A program made the translations under genes and the position numbers. Under the pieces are notes generated by a model, which was given only the letters and a program-made list of their open reading frames with translations, made no database searches and was not told the origin of the DNA. From Azolla caroliniana (taxonomy: Eukaryota; Plantae; Polypodiophyta), in assembly GCA_043228905.1 (NCBI GenBank), contig JBHGNT010000011.1:10726001-10790000 (forward strand): DNA of 64,000 bases, written 5' to 3'. Of this stretch, positions 60,994-64,000 are shown piece after piece (position 1 is the first letter of the stretch; every line of letters begins with the position of its first letter).

Positions 60994-63202
60994 ATGGGTG
61001 ACTGCATACATTCCATCCAAGCTCATGGCTACGCCGCCCATGACCCCTCTGGAATCCTTACCCCTTTCTCTTTCACGAGAAGGTAAATGCCTCTTAATCC
61101 CTAAACCCTAATCCTGTATTAATCACTCTTGGTTATGTTGTCTCTCATCCCTAAACCCTAATCCTGTATTAATCACTCTTGGTTATGTTGTCTATGATTT
61201 AAGTTAGTGTTTTCTTTCTTCCATACCTTTTGCCAATTACCACTTGGGATTGATATTGACTAGATATGTCGTTTTGCTTAATTTCAATGGTCAAGCATTC
61301 AAGGCTTTAGCCAAATTATTGGCCAAGCCTTTTAAGTCTTGAGATTCTTGACCAAGCCTTGAAGTCTTTCTGCTGGTTATTTTGTGTGTTATATGTTGGG
61401 CTAATCTTAATGTGGATGTGGTCATTCTAGAGCTACTGGACCTAATGATGTGGCTTTCAAGGTTACCCATTGTGGTATATGCCACTCGGATCTTCATCAA
61501 ATAAGAAATGATTGGAAAAATTCGACATACCCCATGGTCCCAGGGTAAGACCAAAGACAAGTCTCATGAATCTTATCATATCATGTCATATTCGAAAGTG
61601 TAGCTTTGTTATAAAGAGATAATATTCCTTTTTTTTTCAAACTTTTTTGATGAACTTAAAAGTGTTAAATATAAGATGATGGGGTATAGGAGAAAAGATT
61701 CGAAAAAGATCATATTGTGAGTTTGGATCATTGAGGATTTATTGGTAATTTTGTTTGTTCTTTAATGCCAGCCATGAGGTGGTGGGCATTGTGACCGGGA
61801 TTGGCTCTCAAGTTACTAAGTTCAAGGTGGGTGACCATGTTGGAGTGGGATGTATGGTCATGTCATGTGGAAGTTGTGATGCATGTGATAAGAAGGTCGA
61901 ACAATATTGCCCCAAGGTCTCATGGACCTACAACAGTGTGTACCCCGATGGAAGTCCCAATTTCGGTGGATATTCCAACATTATGGTGACAGATCAAAAG
62001 TAAGATAATTATATTATGATGTATATTCAAACCTCATATTCGGGGGAGAGGTTTTTTTTTTAAGTGGCTGGTAGATGATCCTTGATTTTGTGTTTTTTTC
62101 TTGAAGATTTGTTCTTCGCATTCCCAAGAGTTTATCGTTAGATGGTGCAGCCCCGTTGCTTTGCGCGGGAATCACTGTCTTCAGTCCGATGCGCTACTTT
62201 GGGATGACCGAGAAAGGCAAACATTTTGGCGTGGTTGGCTTAGGAGGGTTGGGCCACATGGCAGTCAAGTTTGCGAAAGCTTTCGGACTCGAGGTCACGG
62301 TTATAAGTACGTCTCCAAAGAAAGAAAAGGAGGCCAAAGAGATATTGGGGGCCGATCATTTCCTTCTTAGCACAGACAAGGATGCCATGAATGTAAGATT
62401 GCATGCAAACTTTTGAGTTTGAATTGAACGAAAAAAAAACTAAAAACAAAACTAAAAAATAGTTTAGGTAATTTATTGAACGAATGTTGTGCATTACAGA
62501 AAGCTTCGAGGACAATTGATCACATGATCGATACAGTTGCTGTCCCTCATGACATGGAGGCTCTCGTGGCATTGCTTCGTGTAAATGGCAAGATGGTGCT
62601 TGTTGGTGTTCCCGAAAAGCCTTTCGAGCTTGCACATGGAACTCTAATATTTGGTGAAACTCTCATCCTCTATATTTCGGGTTCTTATTAATAATCTTTA
62701 GCCTTTGAACTTGACAAGTTGGTAATCATAAATCATGGAGTGATAGTCGAAACTTTGGTCTCTTAAGTTGTTGAGTTTCGGGTTTTGTGGAAACTAATAT
62801 TACAATTCATTACTCTTGAATCTTACCCATACACTCACGCGCACCCACTCACTCACTCATAGTCACACTCATTTGCAGTTTGTAAACATTAGTATCTTAG
62901 CTTATGTAGGGTGGTGATGGATGGGTGGATGGGTGTAAGTTTGATTCCATTTCATATCATTTAAGCTACCATGTGGAGATGGTGGTACTAACATTTACAA
63001 TTCTAATGTAGGTCGTCGTTTCGTGGGAGGTAGCCTCATCGGTGGGATTGAGGAGACTCAAGAGATGTTGGATTTTTGTGCTGAAAAGAACATCAGCTCA
63101 ACCATCGAGGTTATTCGTCCAGACTACTTGAACACAGCCATGGATAGGCTAAGTAAATCGGATGTCAAGTATCGATTTGTGATTGACATGCAAAGCTCGT
63201 GA
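60994..63202 (+). CDS. CAD: Cinnamyl alcohol dehydrogenase-family Zn-dependent dehydrogenase, 353 aa; exons 60994-61082, 61431-61544, 61772-61999, 62107-62392, 62500-62653, 63012-63202
   Basis: All GT-AG introns, 1062 nt in frame; CGICHSD, GHEVVG, four structural Cys, [24 protein letters not shown]. Confidence 0.95.
61097..61193. repeat. 50-bp tandem duplication in CAD intron 1, each copy with a telo-box AAACCCTAA
   Basis: Two identical copies with period 50. Confidence 0.85.
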
Positions 63203-64000
63203 GGTTTTGGTGAATAACAATTCACGATATCTCCATTCCTCAAACAATTGTTACTCTAGTTCCTTATCATAGCATGCCACCTTATTGGTATAAAGAATAA
63301 ATACATTTGATGAATTAGTGTCCACACTCATTTTCGCTAATATTTGTTCACAACGATTAAACTTATTCAACCTTTCATTTCATGTGCTAATTCTCAAATA
63401 TGCATATTTGCTTGAGCTTGGTGTTAGCGCTCAACTAGGAAAACACAAAATTATTTGTGGTGGCATCTAAGAATTTCTTATCATCAGTTTTGTAAACAGT
63501 TTTCATGATGTCCAACAAACTTTATGAGACACTTCTTGTGAGAATTAGCTCTTGTGATTAGATTGACTCTCAAAAGTTAATATTTTCTTGAGCTAACAAT
63601 AACTAAATTTTGGTATTGTATGAGAATTTGTCATAATCTTCAAATATATCTTTAGTATTTACATCCAAATCCACAATTTGAGCCCGTGAAAATGATGGCC
63701 TGGTTATTATGGAAAACATATGATTAAACTAATAATTAGCAAAAATGCTCTCTAAATTTCTTGCATACATTTCATTGGAATTACGAAGCACTTCCATGAT
63801 ATCAAAAGGTACACCACAATATTATAAAAATTACATGCACTTACATGATATTATTCATACTCACCTCCCTTCGTTGAGGATAGAGGATCGTGCTCGTGTT
63901 GGCTAGCTATGATTGCCACTAGTTTATAGCTCTAGATAGCTACTTACATTAAGTAGAAAGTAAGAGAGGATACTTGTATAGACTTACGGTAAAATCTCTC

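Overview
Eukaryotic land-plant genomic DNA (probably a seed-free plant such as a bryophyte or fern; this is inference). About 85% is nested, mostly decayed transposable elements. Only two host genes look intact: a single-exon KCTD-type BTB/POZ gene (33936-34784) and a six-exon cinnamyl alcohol dehydrogenase-family gene (60994-63202). The left half is a six-layer nest: an ORF-intact Ty3/Gypsy (A) in a tRNA-Trp-primed Gypsy (B), in a Gypsy with an extra 3' ORF (C), in a Copia (I), in a large Sola2-like DNA transposon, in a Gypsy (K). The right half is a second nest that includes a full-length tRNA-Trp-primed Gypsy (E, LTRs about 99% identical, TSD ACGT). The best candidate for an undescribed system is the Sola2-like element (18453-27728). 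It has a DDD transposase gene facing a convergent multi-exon accessory gene (unknown domain, RING, repeats, FCP1/HAD-like domain). Both genes carry large intronic arrays of the palindrome TAGCTAATTAGCTA, an arrangement reminiscent of VANDAL/VANC anti-silencing systems. Also notable in the Trp-primed Gypsy clade: CpG-centred 4-bp target sites, a conserved -1 frameshift placed after the protease, and a tRNA-like Pol III cassette in some LTRs. All calls were made by eye; no database searches were run.
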